From contig JAHRHZ010000082.1 of the NCBI GenBank assembly GCA_024137785.1, positions 4,248,951 through 4,312,950 of the forward strand: a stretch of 64,000 nt of DNA. The letters run 5' to 3'. The position numbers were made by a program, and so were the translations under genes. The notes under the pieces were generated by a model that did not search any database, was not told the origin of the DNA, and saw only the letters and a program-made list of their open reading frames with translations. Positions 26,150 to 38,625 of the stretch are shown here, one piece after another (the first letter of the stretch is position 1; each line of letters opens with the position of its first letter). This stretch comes from Ginglymostoma cirratum. Its lineage: Eukaryota.

Positions 26150-28300
26150 CTAATGTATGTTTTGCTGTTGAACTGAATATCAGTAATAGAAGTAGGAAAG
26201 AAACGAGTGCAAATGTTGGATGTCTAAAATGAAAAGAGAAATTGGTGGAGCACTGGTATTTGAAATGGTAATAAAAATGTTAGCATTTCTGATGCTCTGA
26301 GACTGCATAGCCATAATATTAATAATGTTTTTTTCTTTTCTGGCACTAATAAATTTGCTGCATCTTTTCCAGAATTTTCTGGTTTCATTTACAAGTATTA
26401 ACAGACTGTTTTTGTGGTATTCCAAATGTGATGTATGTGTGAGCATAAAACAGTGGGCATTCATGAGGTACCATGAATGGTTGCCTGAAGCAATTCTACA
26501 AATGAGTTGAAGCTGGTCATGATTGTGCATTTGATTTTGTATACCAAAGCATTCCTAGCAACAGTTGGAACATTCATGATAAATAAGAGCATTTCTCATT
26601 GAATGCGTCAACTGTATTTAATGCATGCATAAATAATGGCTCCATTGCAGATAATGTGCAAATTGCAATGTGAAAGACAATGCCCTCATGCATCACTTAT
26701 ACAGGGGATAGCAGTGAATGTTTGAGGTTTAGATTTTTCTGCTGCAAATAACTAGACCACTGTATTCTGTTACATGTAAGGAAGCAAGTAACACCTGGTC
26801 ATAATCTGGATATTGTTTCAGTTTTAATGGTCCCACTCAGATGTGTTTCCGGGTACAACTAAATAGGAGCACTTGCAATCAGTACCTCTAGTCTGTAGCA
26901 ATTGACATCTCACCAACAAATAACTGGTGTTACCTCTTCTTGACTAATGTTCCATTTTTCACTTTGTGTTTCTTGCTCATCATGTACTGGATTTCCTGTA
27001 CTGTGTAGTTATTGATGCTGGCTGTAAGTGGGGTGAATGTCATATTATCGGTAAGGGAGATGTTGCATTATGAGTACATAAGCACCCTTATCCATTTGGG
27101 TACTGTAATGTCATTGTAAACACCATTATGTTCTTTTTTCACAATTCATGTTTATGAGCACAATGATATAACATTTTGTGCAAGTCATCAGTATGGTTCT
27201 GGTGCAATCCTCTCTTCCAATCTGTATTGAATGGCAGTAATCTCCAAACTTTCCTTCCTGAATAAATAAGTTATTGTTTCCACAGACTGAATTAGTTCCT
27301 TAAAGTGCGGGAGTCCAAAATCTTTGAACATTGGAAACAAATGTTATGACTCTTTATTTCTGTAAATCGGAAAGCAATAGTTTGGGTGAGAATGATAATT
27401 GCAAAATAATGCCAAAGCTGCCAGATGTTTTTTCTACCTGTAGTCTATTTTCTCACCCCTCCTGATATATATTATTTGCATGTAGTCACTTGGAATACTT
27501 CTCTTGTTAGAGATTTCCTAACATTCCTGTGATGTCAGACCATTGTTCCTATATCTATTATTTACAAACAAAATTTGACAATCTATCATTTAGGCACATA
27601 TCCTTTGCTTTTATTTTACAGTACCGCATAAATCTCACTTTTGCACTCATACATATATTCTCTTTCAGTCTTTTATGTTGCAAGCATATTGGGGTAAATG
27701 TTCAAATTCACTGCATGAACAATAATCTGAAAAAAATGAAATGAATGTTGGTTGAGTTTTATCAGGTAGATGACCTGCTCCAACAACTTGTATTTCATAT
27801 GATAAACATGCAAACGTACCCTATTGCTGATCTTACAAGTCACGCCATATTTCTTTTTCGTGTGCACTGGTACAAATGTTTCTCACGAGATATATGTACA
27901 TTTCTGCCTTACTTTGCTTGTTGGCACTTCCATTAATTTATTGCTAAGTCAAATCTTTCCTGCTAAATTTAGACTTTTTCTGCAATAATGTCATATTTGT
28001 CATCAGGATTGTAGTGGTCTAATGGCTCGTCAGCTGCTCAGCAAATGTTACAAGATCATCATTGTGGGTGGGTTCTGATTAGTTGGCACTGTTTTGCTAT
28101 CAGTGATGGACTCCAGTTTTTTTTAGGTATCACTTCTATGCACATTCCTAAAACTTTATTGGCCTTTAGATGATATTAGTGAAGAACGAGCATTTTTCAA
28201 AATCAAGATATTAGTCCTGGTTATCAAATATTCCAAAAGAGTCAATAAATTATAATAGTGTTATCACATGTACCACTCACTATCTATTCACTAATGGGAC
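26150..28300 (-). mobile_element. Very degenerate Ty3/Gypsy gag-pol remnant
   Basis: In the expected order on minus: gag-like HYNP...IIAEK.KF (about 28000), protease-like MDKGAYV (about 27090), RT-like ASAPI.VVP and DQ..L relics (about 26800-26880). Confidence 0.55.
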
Positions 28301-28483
28301 TGGAATTTCAATGTGCTGAAACTGATAGAAGTGTCATCTTTTTGCCAGTCATAAGGATCCTGAAATGAAATGAATTTTAAGCAGTTTCAACTCGTATCCT
28401 ATTAGATGTGGATCTAAAGTACAAAATGAATAACTCAACATCAATTAACAATCAGGCTCAAAAAAACCTATAGGACTACAAGA

Positions 28484-28705
28484 GATAGTAGGAACTGCCA
28501 GATGCTGGAGAACATGAGGTATACAAGGTGTAGAGCAGGATGAACACAGCAGGCCAAGCAGCATCAGAGGAGCAGGAAGGCTGACGTTTCGGACCTAGAC
28601 CCTTCTTCAGAAAAACAAAGAAGGGTCTAGGCCCAAAACGTCAGCCTTCCTGCTCCTCTGTGCTGCTTGGCCTGATGTATTCATCCAGCTCTACACCTTG
28701 TATAT
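28484..28705. mobile_element. Full palindromic Penelope-derived element (subfamily A) with 16-bp target-site duplication
   Basis: Inverted arms of about 85 bp. Flanks CTATAGGACTACAAGA (28468-28483) and CTATAGGACTATAAGA (28706-28721). Minus-strand core CTGAAGA-A-GGGT-CTAG-GTCC-GAAA-CGTC (28610-28583). Confidence 0.85.
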
Positions 28706-28808
28706 CTATAGGACTATAAGAATAGTTAAACTGGACGTTGGAGAAGTTCGTGAGTCACATGTTTATAGTTCTTGACAAAGACTCAATTTTGCATTTAAAT
28801 TAGGAAAA

Positions 28809-29017
28809 AAAAGAACTGCAGATGCTGGAAATCAGAAACAAAATCAGAAATTGCAGGAAAAACTCAGCAGGTCTGACAGCATTTGTGGAGAGAAAGTAGA
28901 GTTAACATTTAACCTGTTTCTGAAGAAGCACCACTGGACCTGAAATGTTAGCTCTGCTTTCTCTCCACAGTTGCTGCCAGACATTCTGAGTTTTTCCAGC
29001 AATTTCTGATTTTGCTA
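28809..29017. mobile_element. Palindromic Penelope-derived element (subfamily B)
   Basis: Inverted arms. CTGAAGA at 28920 and GAAA at 28942 with a degraded stem II. Confidence 0.75.
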
Positions 29018-29319
29018 CAAATTTGCATTTGTCAGCTGTCTCCAAAGGCCAAACATTAATTATTTTCTTGGGGTGGATTTTGAGTAGAGACCCTTTAGAC
29101 TCACAATGCTTCCATGGGGATAATGGAAGATTAGAACTGAATTGCTCCTCTGTGGCAAACTTAGCAATCAGATCACTGAGCCAATCAGGTCTGCAGTACT
29201 TCATTACTCTGTTAATGATTAACCAACATGTTAAGTAATTGGTAGATTTTTAAAAAGTAAACAACCATCAGTAGCTAGAAGCGCATGTGTAGTGGTAACA
29301 TATAGTATATAGCAGAGAT

Positions 29320-29445
29320 TGGTAGGATTCTTATGGTGCAGTGGTAGTGTCGCTATCTCTGGAGCATAATGCCTAGGTTCAAGTCCCACCTGCTCCAAGG
29401 TTGTCTCATAAAATCTCTCAGCAGGTTGATTAGAAAAATACCTAT
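29320..29445 (+). mobile_element. Short tRNA-derived SINE
   Basis: Pol III A box (TGGTGCAGTGG) and B box (GGTTCAAGTCC). A second partial copy follows at 29468-29540. Confidence 0.6.
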
Positions 29446-29544
29446 AGCAGATTGGCATGGACACGAAGGCCTGGGTTCAAGTTTCACCCATTCCAGAGGA
29501 ATGAAATAGTAACTCTGAAAACATTATTTAGAACATACCTACAG

Positions 29545-30585
29545 GAGATTGACTGGCTAGCAAGAAACAGGGGTATGCATAAATGGGCGTTTTTCTCACC
29601 AGAATGTGATACTTCAGGTCTGTACTGAAGCTTTTTGCAATTTATATCAATGACTTAGATGAGGGGAGTGAAGTTGCAAAATTTGCAGATGATAGAAAGA
29701 GAGGCAGGAAATTTTGTTGCAAACAGGGCATATGGAGGTTGCAGATGGTTACAGATAGGTTGAGTGAATGGACAAAATCAGACAAAAGGAGAATAATGTG
29801 GGAACATGTGAAGTTGTTCACTTTTGCAGGAAGAGTAAAAAAGCAGTAAAAATTCTATATGTGCTCAAGAGCAAGTATCAAAATTTAATATATAGGTACA
29901 ACAAGTAAATCAGAAGGCGAGTGAAATGCTATCCTTTATTATGAGATGAACTGAACAGAAAAGTGTAATGATATTATGCTTCAGTTATACAGGGTATTGG
30001 TGAGACCACATCTTGAATAACATGTGCAGCTTTGGCCTCCTTATTTAAGGAAGGATGTAAATGTGTAGGAGGTGGTTTGGAGGAGATTTACTATATTGAT
30101 GCCTAGAATAAGTGGATTGTCTAACGAAGAAAGATTAGGCAGCCTAGTTTGTTTTCACTGGGTTTAGGAGAGTGATGGTGACTTGATTGAACTATATAAG
30201 ATCCTGCATGTTCTTGAGATGGTAGATATGGGAATAATGTTTTCCCTTGTTGGTGAATCCAGAATGGAGACTGTATTACGGAGACTTTATAATAGAGTTA
30301 TAAAGTTAGGGATCACCTTTTTAGGACAGACATGAGAAGTTGTTTTGTTTTCTCAGAGTTTTATAAGTCTTGGGAAACTTTGTAACTTTCTGCCTCAGAA
30401 GGCATTGAAGGGGAGTAGGTTTTGAAATTTTTAAGGTGGAGGTAGATAGAATTTTGTTAGATGATGATATCAAAGATTTTGGTGGTAGATAGGAACATTA
30501 AATTCAAAACAGAAATAGTTTAGCCACTATCTTCTTGAATGACAAAGAACACTTGAGCTGCTAAAATAAAACTTTTGCTCCTAGT
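29545..30585 (+). mobile_element. Degenerate CR1 LINE (RT to 3' UTR)
   Basis: IYINDLDEG, KFADD.K and LYRVLVRPHLE motifs. Confidence 0.85.
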
Positions 30586-31829
30586 TCATTTGTTTAAATG
30601 CTTATTTACATGATTCTCACTCTCATCCAGATGATGTGGCAACCCAAGACCCAGTAGTATGTTAGTTGTAATAGGTTAACTTGTGAAGCTTGGTTTTATT
30701 GACCTGAGTGTTTTTAACTGTTTTAAAACCCAAGAGGACTCCATCCACAAGACGGTTTGGTCTTATCATGTTATCTGGGCTTCAGGAGCCTGGTATGGTC
30801 TTGTCTTTTCTGTTGGACTCCTTTTCAAGTTATATGGGAATTATAATGGAACATTCTGAAGAAAGTTGAGGCAATGTTATTTCATATTAAGAAAAGTATA
30901 TAATACAGAAATGATATTCTATAATTATGCTGATGGAAATCATAGGTCCTCAGTTCCAAATCCATCATAGCAAATTGTAAGAAATATATCTGGTCATTTG
31001 TGGGCTAGTAGGAGAAATATAACTCAGTAATCTTACCAGTTGGTTCACCAATGTCCTTCATTTGACTGCAGTTCAATGCTTTATGGTGCATGAGGGCACA
31101 CCCAGGAAGAGTGATAAGTGTATGCTGGATATCATTCTGTGAGGGTGACCATGCATTTCTGAATTAGTCTGTCAAATCATATGCCAGTTGTCAGATATTA
31201 GTGAGGGCAACTGGATATGCCAACTCATTTGACATTCCCCAAGTTTTATTGCTATTAATTGTTTCCTTTCTCATAAACTTCAGAGTGATTTTTTACACCT
31301 GAGTGGTTTTCTCCAAAAAAATCAGATATAAATAGTTAAACCATTATTTGAGGACAATGCTTTTTCTTCAAAGAGCTTGATCTATGTCCAAATTGGTAGC
31401 TTCTGTGATTTCCCATCATTCAGTTTAAGAGGAGGCACAAGGGAGTAACTACAATCATATTGCTAGTTTATGAATTGTCTTATTGAGTGAAATCAAAGGT
31501 GGCAGGCAAAGTGTGATTTTGACACAATTTTCACAAGAGTGATGTAGCATGAAGATCATACTTTGGAAATTTTTCAGTGACGAATGTCAACAGCATTTTA
31601 ATCATGATGATAGTGGTGTGCGAATGGAATTGCTGAATCACTAAAAAAGAATTTCTTGATTATATAGACAGTGCCTTTAGCATATTTTGAAAGCAAGCGA
31701 AGTATCCCGTGCCTCCACTGATTTATATTAAGAAAGCACTGTAAGAATTCTTGCAATCTCCTAAGGCAAATCGTCTGCTTCTTGGTCCCAGACATCTGCT
31801 AATGTACTGGCTTGACACAATTGGAAATA

Positions 31830-32190
31830 CGCTCATCTCTGCCATAAAATTGTGGTTTCAAACCCCACTCTTTGATGCACAATATAAGCTGACACATCAG
31901 TGCAGCGTGCAGGGAGTGCTGCATTGCCAGGATTGCCATCTTTCAGATGAAATTTTAAAGACAGACCCATCTGGCTATTCACATGTAAAAGTTCCCATGG
32001 CTTAATTTGAAGATGAGCAGGGGAGTTCTCCACAAGTCCTGTACAACATATATTCCTCAATCAACACCATTGCAGTAGACAAAGTGGCCAGTTTGTAGAA
32101 CCCTGTGGTATGCAAATTGGACATTGCATTTCTCTATCTTGCAAATGAATTTTTTAGCTGCAAAATACTTTGAAGTGTCCTGCGGATGTC
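31830..32190 (+). mobile_element. Deu-SINE (SacSINE1/AmnSINE1-related)
   Basis: Deu-domain-like GGGAGTGCTGCA...TCTTTCAGATGA...GTAAAAG.TCCCATGGC...GAGCAGGGGAGTTCTCC. Confidence 0.75.
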
Positions 32191-33619
32191 CTTTTTTTTA
32201 TATTATTATTGACTAGCTTATTACTAGAAGATAGTCAAAAGTAGCCGACAGTGAGTTATCCTCCCCTTTTCCCTCCATTTGGATAATTCCTGGCCTCTAC
32301 TTTGTAACATCTCACACTGGACAACTGACATAGCAAAGCTTGTTTTGTAGGCAGTCCCTTTTATGAATTTGAAATGTACCATCTGTGAGTGCAGCTTGTG
32401 CTGAATCACCAAGTAACCCAACAGCATCCTTCTTCTTAATTACTCTATAGTGTACTGACAGAAGAGGACCTCTTATTTAGTTTTTAAACATGTTTAGAAA
32501 ATTCATCTACTGGGCAAAACTGTCATGTTGGATTTCAGATAATATTTCTTTTGCTGAGCCAATAGAATCACTGAAATAAGAATTTTGAATGACAAAGTAT
32601 TATCTGAGGGGGAGTTTACCTGTCTAAGAAATCTGCTGTCAGACAAAAATGACACATACAAGAAAAGTTACTAGCACACTTAATTTGCACCTAGTGTGGA
32701 ATGCCTTGTGGAATCACTTCTCCAGTAGATATTACCATGATATTCAAATCTTAACCAAAATGTCTGCACTATCATCTCACAAAGCAACTGCCAGTATATT
32801 GCTTTCATTGCTTTGACGTCGTCTCAGTTTGAACTATAGTGCTTAAGATGTATCTTGGCAATGTTTTGGAAAGACCACATATGAAATGTTGTGTAAACAT
32901 ACCATGGTGCCAGTAACACTGCTGTTTACAGTCATTTAGGTACATATGGCTGATGCCCCTAAATAGTCTTCCTGCGATAGTCACATGGAATTCAGAAATT
33001 TATGCTGTTGGATGATCTCCATACTGATAGCCATCAATTTGGTACCTAGACACTATATGCATGATCACTGAATAGGATTTGTGGTGAATGTCAGGAAGCA
33101 CAGTGCTAATATAGTAGACTTGAATAACTGCTGTTTTAACTGCTGCTTGTTCCACTTAGCCAAATTGGGAAGAAACCCAGAATACCTTTATAGACTGAAA
33201 AAAGTATTGCTTGATAGCGATACAGAGTGAACCATTATTGCATAGCTAAATTAACTGTGCATTCGCATCATTTTGGAGAAAGAGTTAAGGTAAATGAAAG
33301 CTGTATTTATGGTCCATGTTCTGTATAGTCTCGATTTTTTTTTGTTCCAAGTTCTTAACAGAACTGTAAGAGATTTAATCTGCCAGGTTACTTGTAAACA
33401 GGTGATATGGAAAGTTATTTTCATTGTTATTCTCTCAAACTGTTAGCAAGCAGATGGAATAATGCAAAACTACTTCTGACAAAAAAGAGCAGAGATCTTA
33501 AGATCTTACAGAAAGATTTTTTTTAAAAGTTCTCAATCATTTGTTTTTCTGATTATGGCAATCTGATAGTTTAATTATCCTAGAAAGAATTAAATATTCA
33601 GAGCTGCTTCTTATATAAT

Positions 33620-33950
33620 TTTGGATATGTTGCTGCTGAGTGCCGGTGAGGAGTGGACTGGAGGCTGGAGTGATGCAGGACAATTGCTGGACTTGGGCCT
33701 GGCGCCACATGCCGTGCTGCTGTTATCAGACTGTAATTTAAAACCTTTTCACTCTGTTGTAACTACTTCGGTAAGCAATGTTTATGCTTCCCTTTAATCC
33801 TCTTTGTGTAGGACCACTATTTTTTTGCTCTGTAAGATTTGTACCTAGGTACTTAAAGCTAAGATGGCGCCATTAAAAAGCCGCTATTGTAAAAACTTTT
33901 CACTGTACTCCTGTACTTCTGTATTGTAGTACAGGTGACAATAAAGGATA
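33620..33950 (+). mobile_element. Non-LTR retroelement 3' tail (family unassigned)
   Basis: Ends ...TTTCACTGTACTC...GTACAGGTGACAATAAA, related to the tail at 2750-2870. Confidence 0.45.
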
Positions 33951-34747
33951 TTCTTTGATATGTCAGTGATAGCAGAGAATCAGGAAAAGTTAAACTTTTG
34001 TTTAATTGCTCATGAATTTGATTGGAATATCACATTCCACAAACATAAGTGATCAAATATGATAAGTGGATGAACAATGTTGCCATAAGAGAAGAAATGT
34101 TTAATTGCTTTGTTTTCACTTGATAAAGGTTATATAAGGTTACCAAATAAAACTAAAATTAAGTATACTAATAATTGATTACCAAACCAAATGATGCATT
34201 TATAGGTTAACTACAAGAACAAGGTAATCAATGCATTATCCCAGTGTAGTCCTAGTAGTTTATACATATATTTCCATTTTGGTGTTATCCAAGTTGAAGT
34301 CACCAAGTCTAGAAAGGCTGAGGGTGCCCAGGTCTATCATAGCAGCACCCCACCTGTCTCTGTATTCTGCACAGTTGCTGACTGACAGCTGCATCCAATC
34401 GCAGCATCATTTCCCCATATGTAGGATTCTCGCTATACCTGGCTATGTTCGAGGGATGGGATGGGGAAAGAGAAAGCGAGAGAAAGTCAATGTCCAGAAC
34501 GCTATAACAATGCAGATTGACCAAATGCACCGGGGTTGCAGTCAAACACTGCACTGTCATGTTACTTCCGCTGACACCACCCCGGGACCTTGAAAATGGG
34601 AACCAGCCAGTTAGCAAGCATGGGGTGGGGGCGGGGAGCTGTAAGCGATCGACAATGGAGATTGATGTGAATAATCAATGATACAACAAGTAGGGAGGAA
34701 AGAAGCAATGAAAATGCAGGTGGGCTTTATAGTTACATTCAACGAGC

Positions 34748-34960
34748 TTCCTAGAAATGGGATAGTTTGCTGCAATAAAAAAGTCAGAGGTTAAAACACT
34801 CCTGGTTGTGTGCGCGCGGGGGGTGTGGGGGTTGGGGGAATGCCAGAGGTGATGACATCACGGGGGTGACGTCACGCGGCGGCGGCGGTGTGGCGTCACC
34901 CCTGGGGGAAGAGGGGGTTCCCAGAAGGACGTCAGTGTATTTCCCAGGGCTGTGACCTCG
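34748..34960. promoter_or_regulatory. CRE/ATF and STAT motif cluster (promoter/enhancer-like)
   Basis: TGACATCA 34853, GTGACGTCAC 34866, TGGCGTCA 34891, GGACGTCA 34927. TTCCTAGAA 34748 and TTCCCAGAA 34918. Locally GC- and CpG-rich. Confidence 0.6.
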
Positions 34961-35449
34961 GCAACTAGCTCAGGAGAAGAGCTGCCCCCTACAGCCCAGT
35001 GGCCTCTGAGTCTCTCTCCACCATAGATCAATGGGGGAAGCATTGCTATCGTCAATCTAATCAACATGAAAGAAGCAGAGGTCACAGATGAGCTTTTTTT
35101 TTAACCCAAAAAGAAATAGTGAGCCCCAATTAGAATAAACCCTTGCTCTCTCTGTGTGTGTGTAGTCCTTTCTTTTAAATATGCGGTTTCTCTCTTAAAA
35201 GGGCTGAGTCTTATGAGGATTGGGGGAGGGGGGGATCCTGTGAAAATTGCTGTGTTGACCAGGTTCAATTGAACAGTCGAGCTTTGAGCACAGTTCCAAA
35301 TACCGTGGACCCAACAATAACCGAGTTTAGGAAGTTAGCAGAATTTGTAGCTTTTTTTCCGTTCACTATTATTTACCTTCACCCCCACCAACCAAAAAAA
35401 ATTCTCCGCCCACTCACCTCCCGTTTTAAAAAAAATCCCAACGGCAGCA

Positions 35450-38400
35450 AAAAAAATAGTGGCGGAAGCGCCGGGTTTGAGACAAAGGGAGCGGGACTGC
35501 TTGCTCAAAGTGGGATACTGGAACCGGGAAAAAGCGGAGAGGATCTGGAAAAGAGATTACATTTCGCTTCTCTCTCATCAATTTTATGGTTAATGTCAAG
35601 CGGCTCCATTGTGGGAGAAGAGGCACGTCAGCCAGCCATAAATTTGAGAGCGGAGTGGCAGCGCAGAACGCATCTGTTTGACCGAGTTCATTCCCTCTTA
35701 TACTGTATGGAGACAGGTAGAATCCTGTTCGCGCACCAATCCCTAGCAACACAGAGGCAACCCGGGACAAAATACAAACCGTGCAGATATTTACAACCGG
35801 GCTTTCTCTAGGAAACAGCCTCGATCTGCCGCCTGCATCGATCGCCTTGGTATGTCATTCCTTTTTTTTAAAAAAAGTCTTGTTTATTTCCCGTCAGCGG
35901 TTTATAAACATGCACAATATAAGCGGGAGAGAGGGAACTATAACAGCAATGAAAGGGACCCCTATATATGTGAACACTGCTTAATGAAAAGGATGTTCTT
36001 ATAACCATTGATCACACTGTCTTCTGGATAATAAACAAGATGAGCTTTGGCTCGCCTTTTGCACTGCAAAGGAATGTGGGGGTCAGCGGTTCATTTTATG
36101 ATTTGAAAATAACTTTTTTTTGCTTTCCAATTCAAAGCTGTGCTAAAGTATAAAACGGGCAGGAGATGCAAACTCAGGTGAAAGGGGGCAGGGTATATAT
36201 TTAATATCCTGGAAACCTGAACAAAACAAAGGCGTGCAATTTTAACTGGGTTTTCAAGTGAACGCTTTATTTCATGCAGAAGTTGGTTTGCTTTCTCTCT
36301 CGCTTTGGGAGATGCGTGTGGGTAGAATGGCGGAGAGCCGCGGATTTTATTTTCGCTTCATGAGCTTCCTGAGATTCATCTTCAGATTCCAAGAGCGATG
36401 GTTTGGTTTGTGCTGGGGAGAAAAAAAAAGGACGTGTCAACTGTTCGTTGAGGGAAAATCTGAAGCAAATGTGCAATTTTTCATTTATGGGTGCTTTGCT
36501 GCAATGTTAATTTGCCAGGATTGCTCCGCCGGCGTATATGTATATATATATTTCTGCTATTGCATGATTTTTCCTACGGGAGGGGGATGTGTTGATGCAT
36601 CGGGAATCAAGGCGAAATTGAGCCCGTAATAAATTGGTGCAGTACACAACGTCCGGTGATTTATATCATATTTATATATATAAATCCGAAGCCGGCGAAA
36701 ACGTAGTTAATTCAATTCACACAATTGTGCCACATTTATAAGACAAGCAGCATGTTGTTTTAACTCAGGTTCTGTCCAAAGTTGTCACTTGGTACCGTTT
36801 CATTCTGCAAGGACATTCTTTTCCCTGTTTAATAAATCCTTCTATTTTAGTTGTTTAAAAAAATCTGACAGAGCTTCAGTTTCAGGATTACTAATACGTT
36901 GCCAATTAGATCTTGTTTTGCAGGTTTAGAGCAAATAGATTAAACTCTTTTCAGCTGCAGTACATTTAGGACCTCAAACGTCTTTTGTTTTTTAATCAAA
37001 TTATAGCAGAAATTTGAGTATTTTCTTTGGCGATGAACAGATAGTCACTCGGTTGGCATGGAGTAAGTTAAATCATGCAGAACGCTGTAATCCCTTCTCT
37101 ATCTGCTGAATCCCTTTTTTAAGGTTAACATTGATGGAATAAAACCCAATCTTGATTGTAGGCGCATTGCTGGGGATAGGGGTCGGGGTGTAACAGCAGA
37201 ACATCTTTACGCTTTTCAATTATTTATTTTACTGCGTATTGTGTCTTTAAACCACAAAAGAGGAGGAAGAAAAGCAATCTGAAAGGGGAACCCCGCGGTT
37301 GGGGAACTGTTTGTGATGGGGGTTGCTTATAATCTGATTGTATTCTGCTGACTAAAGGCTAGGCTGCTAATTATCTCCTTAAAATGCAGTAGGGTTGGTG
37401 GGGGGGGAGGTGAAAACAAAACAAGAGAAGCTTTGCTGGGCAAGGTCGAACATTTTAGCGCCTACTTGGGTGAAATTATTTTTAAAAGGCATGAGTTCGA
37501 AAGGGGTCTCGGTGCATTGCTGCAGATATATCCAATGGAACCGGTTTAGCATGAGGTGTAGCGTTTGAGGGCAATGTGTGCGATAAGTTTCATCTTAGTA
37601 TCGTTTCAGTTTGAACAAAAGAAGATCATTGCAACACGTGTTGGGGTTTCCCATAACACTTGCAGCTCGGTCCCGGGGTTTTAACATTAGTATGTGAGGT
37701 ATATGTTTGTTTGAAATGAAGAGAGCAGAGTCTGGCAGAGCGTGTTGTGTGTGTGTGTCTGTTTTCAGTTTTATTTCTAGGATCTCCGTTCTTTCCATAT
37801 GACGTTGGCTGAATTCTCCTGTAACCGGCTTGGAGCAAACTGGCAGCGGACAGAGAGAGTCCGCAGTGACCGGCCTGAAGCACACAGACTCTCGAAGCTT
37901 TCCCAGCGCCGCTCTCTGAGATCAAACATCACGAGGATCTGCTTATTATTGTAAATCCGAGTGTTCGTCGACTGCAAACAGGGAGTGCTGCATTTGCGCC
38001 ATTTTGCATTCACAGCTCCACTTTCTCGCCTCTTTCAAATAGGTGGCAATGAAAGAAGCTCCGGCCTTCGGCACCAATCCCGGGAATTGTGGAAAGAAAA
38101 TAGCCTGTTATGGCGCAAGCACAACACAAACTGAGACACTGAGCTCGGAGGTTGTGTAATGTTTCATTATGTGCAAAGCGAGTGTTGCAGAGAGCACGCA
38201 GCGAGAGAGAAATGGAAATCAACGTGGATGCGCTGACTTTATCTTCACTCTATAGCAGGCTCAATAGTATTACTTAGCAGACAAATGAGCTTACATTCGG
38301 TCAAATATTAGCTCCGAAGATGCATGGGCTCTTATTCCTGCTCCCCTCCCCCCAAAAAATTAACTCCCCGGAGCTCTGTGTCACATTATGATTCTTTTTC

Positions 38401-38625
38401 AAATTGCCCCTTTCAATGCTGAAAGCGGACTGAGTATCGCTAGAGATGGTATCGCTAGCCTCAGCTTAGTCGCTGTACTCTCTCTTGGAATTTTTTTTTG
38501 CCAGATGTAGTTTTTCCTTTTGTCTTTTTGCCCCGTCCCCGTCGATCACACCTCCACCCCACCCCACCTCCAGCCCGTTTTCTCATTGAGAACTATTGTA
38601 TCAAATAAAAGCATTTTACTTTGAT
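35450..38625 (+). ncRNA. Possible spliced non-coding transcript upstream of BAHCC1 (splice-signal prediction only; 5' end arbitrary)
   Basis: Donor TTG|GTATGT (35849/50). Exon 36924-37062 bounded by CTAAT...TTTTGCAG| and GGA|GTAAGT. Acceptor TTTTATTTCTAG| at 37780. AATAAA 38604-38609. Confidence 0.3.

Noticed and set aside
34309-34617. Minus-strand acceptor (CTAAC...TTTTCAAG|) and 102-aa ORF
   Set aside because: A single isolated signal with an AAG acceptor; the peptide is unrecognisable.
35269-35811. 180-aa ORF in the CpG domain
   Set aside because: TTG start, crosses homopolymer runs, no recognisable domain.
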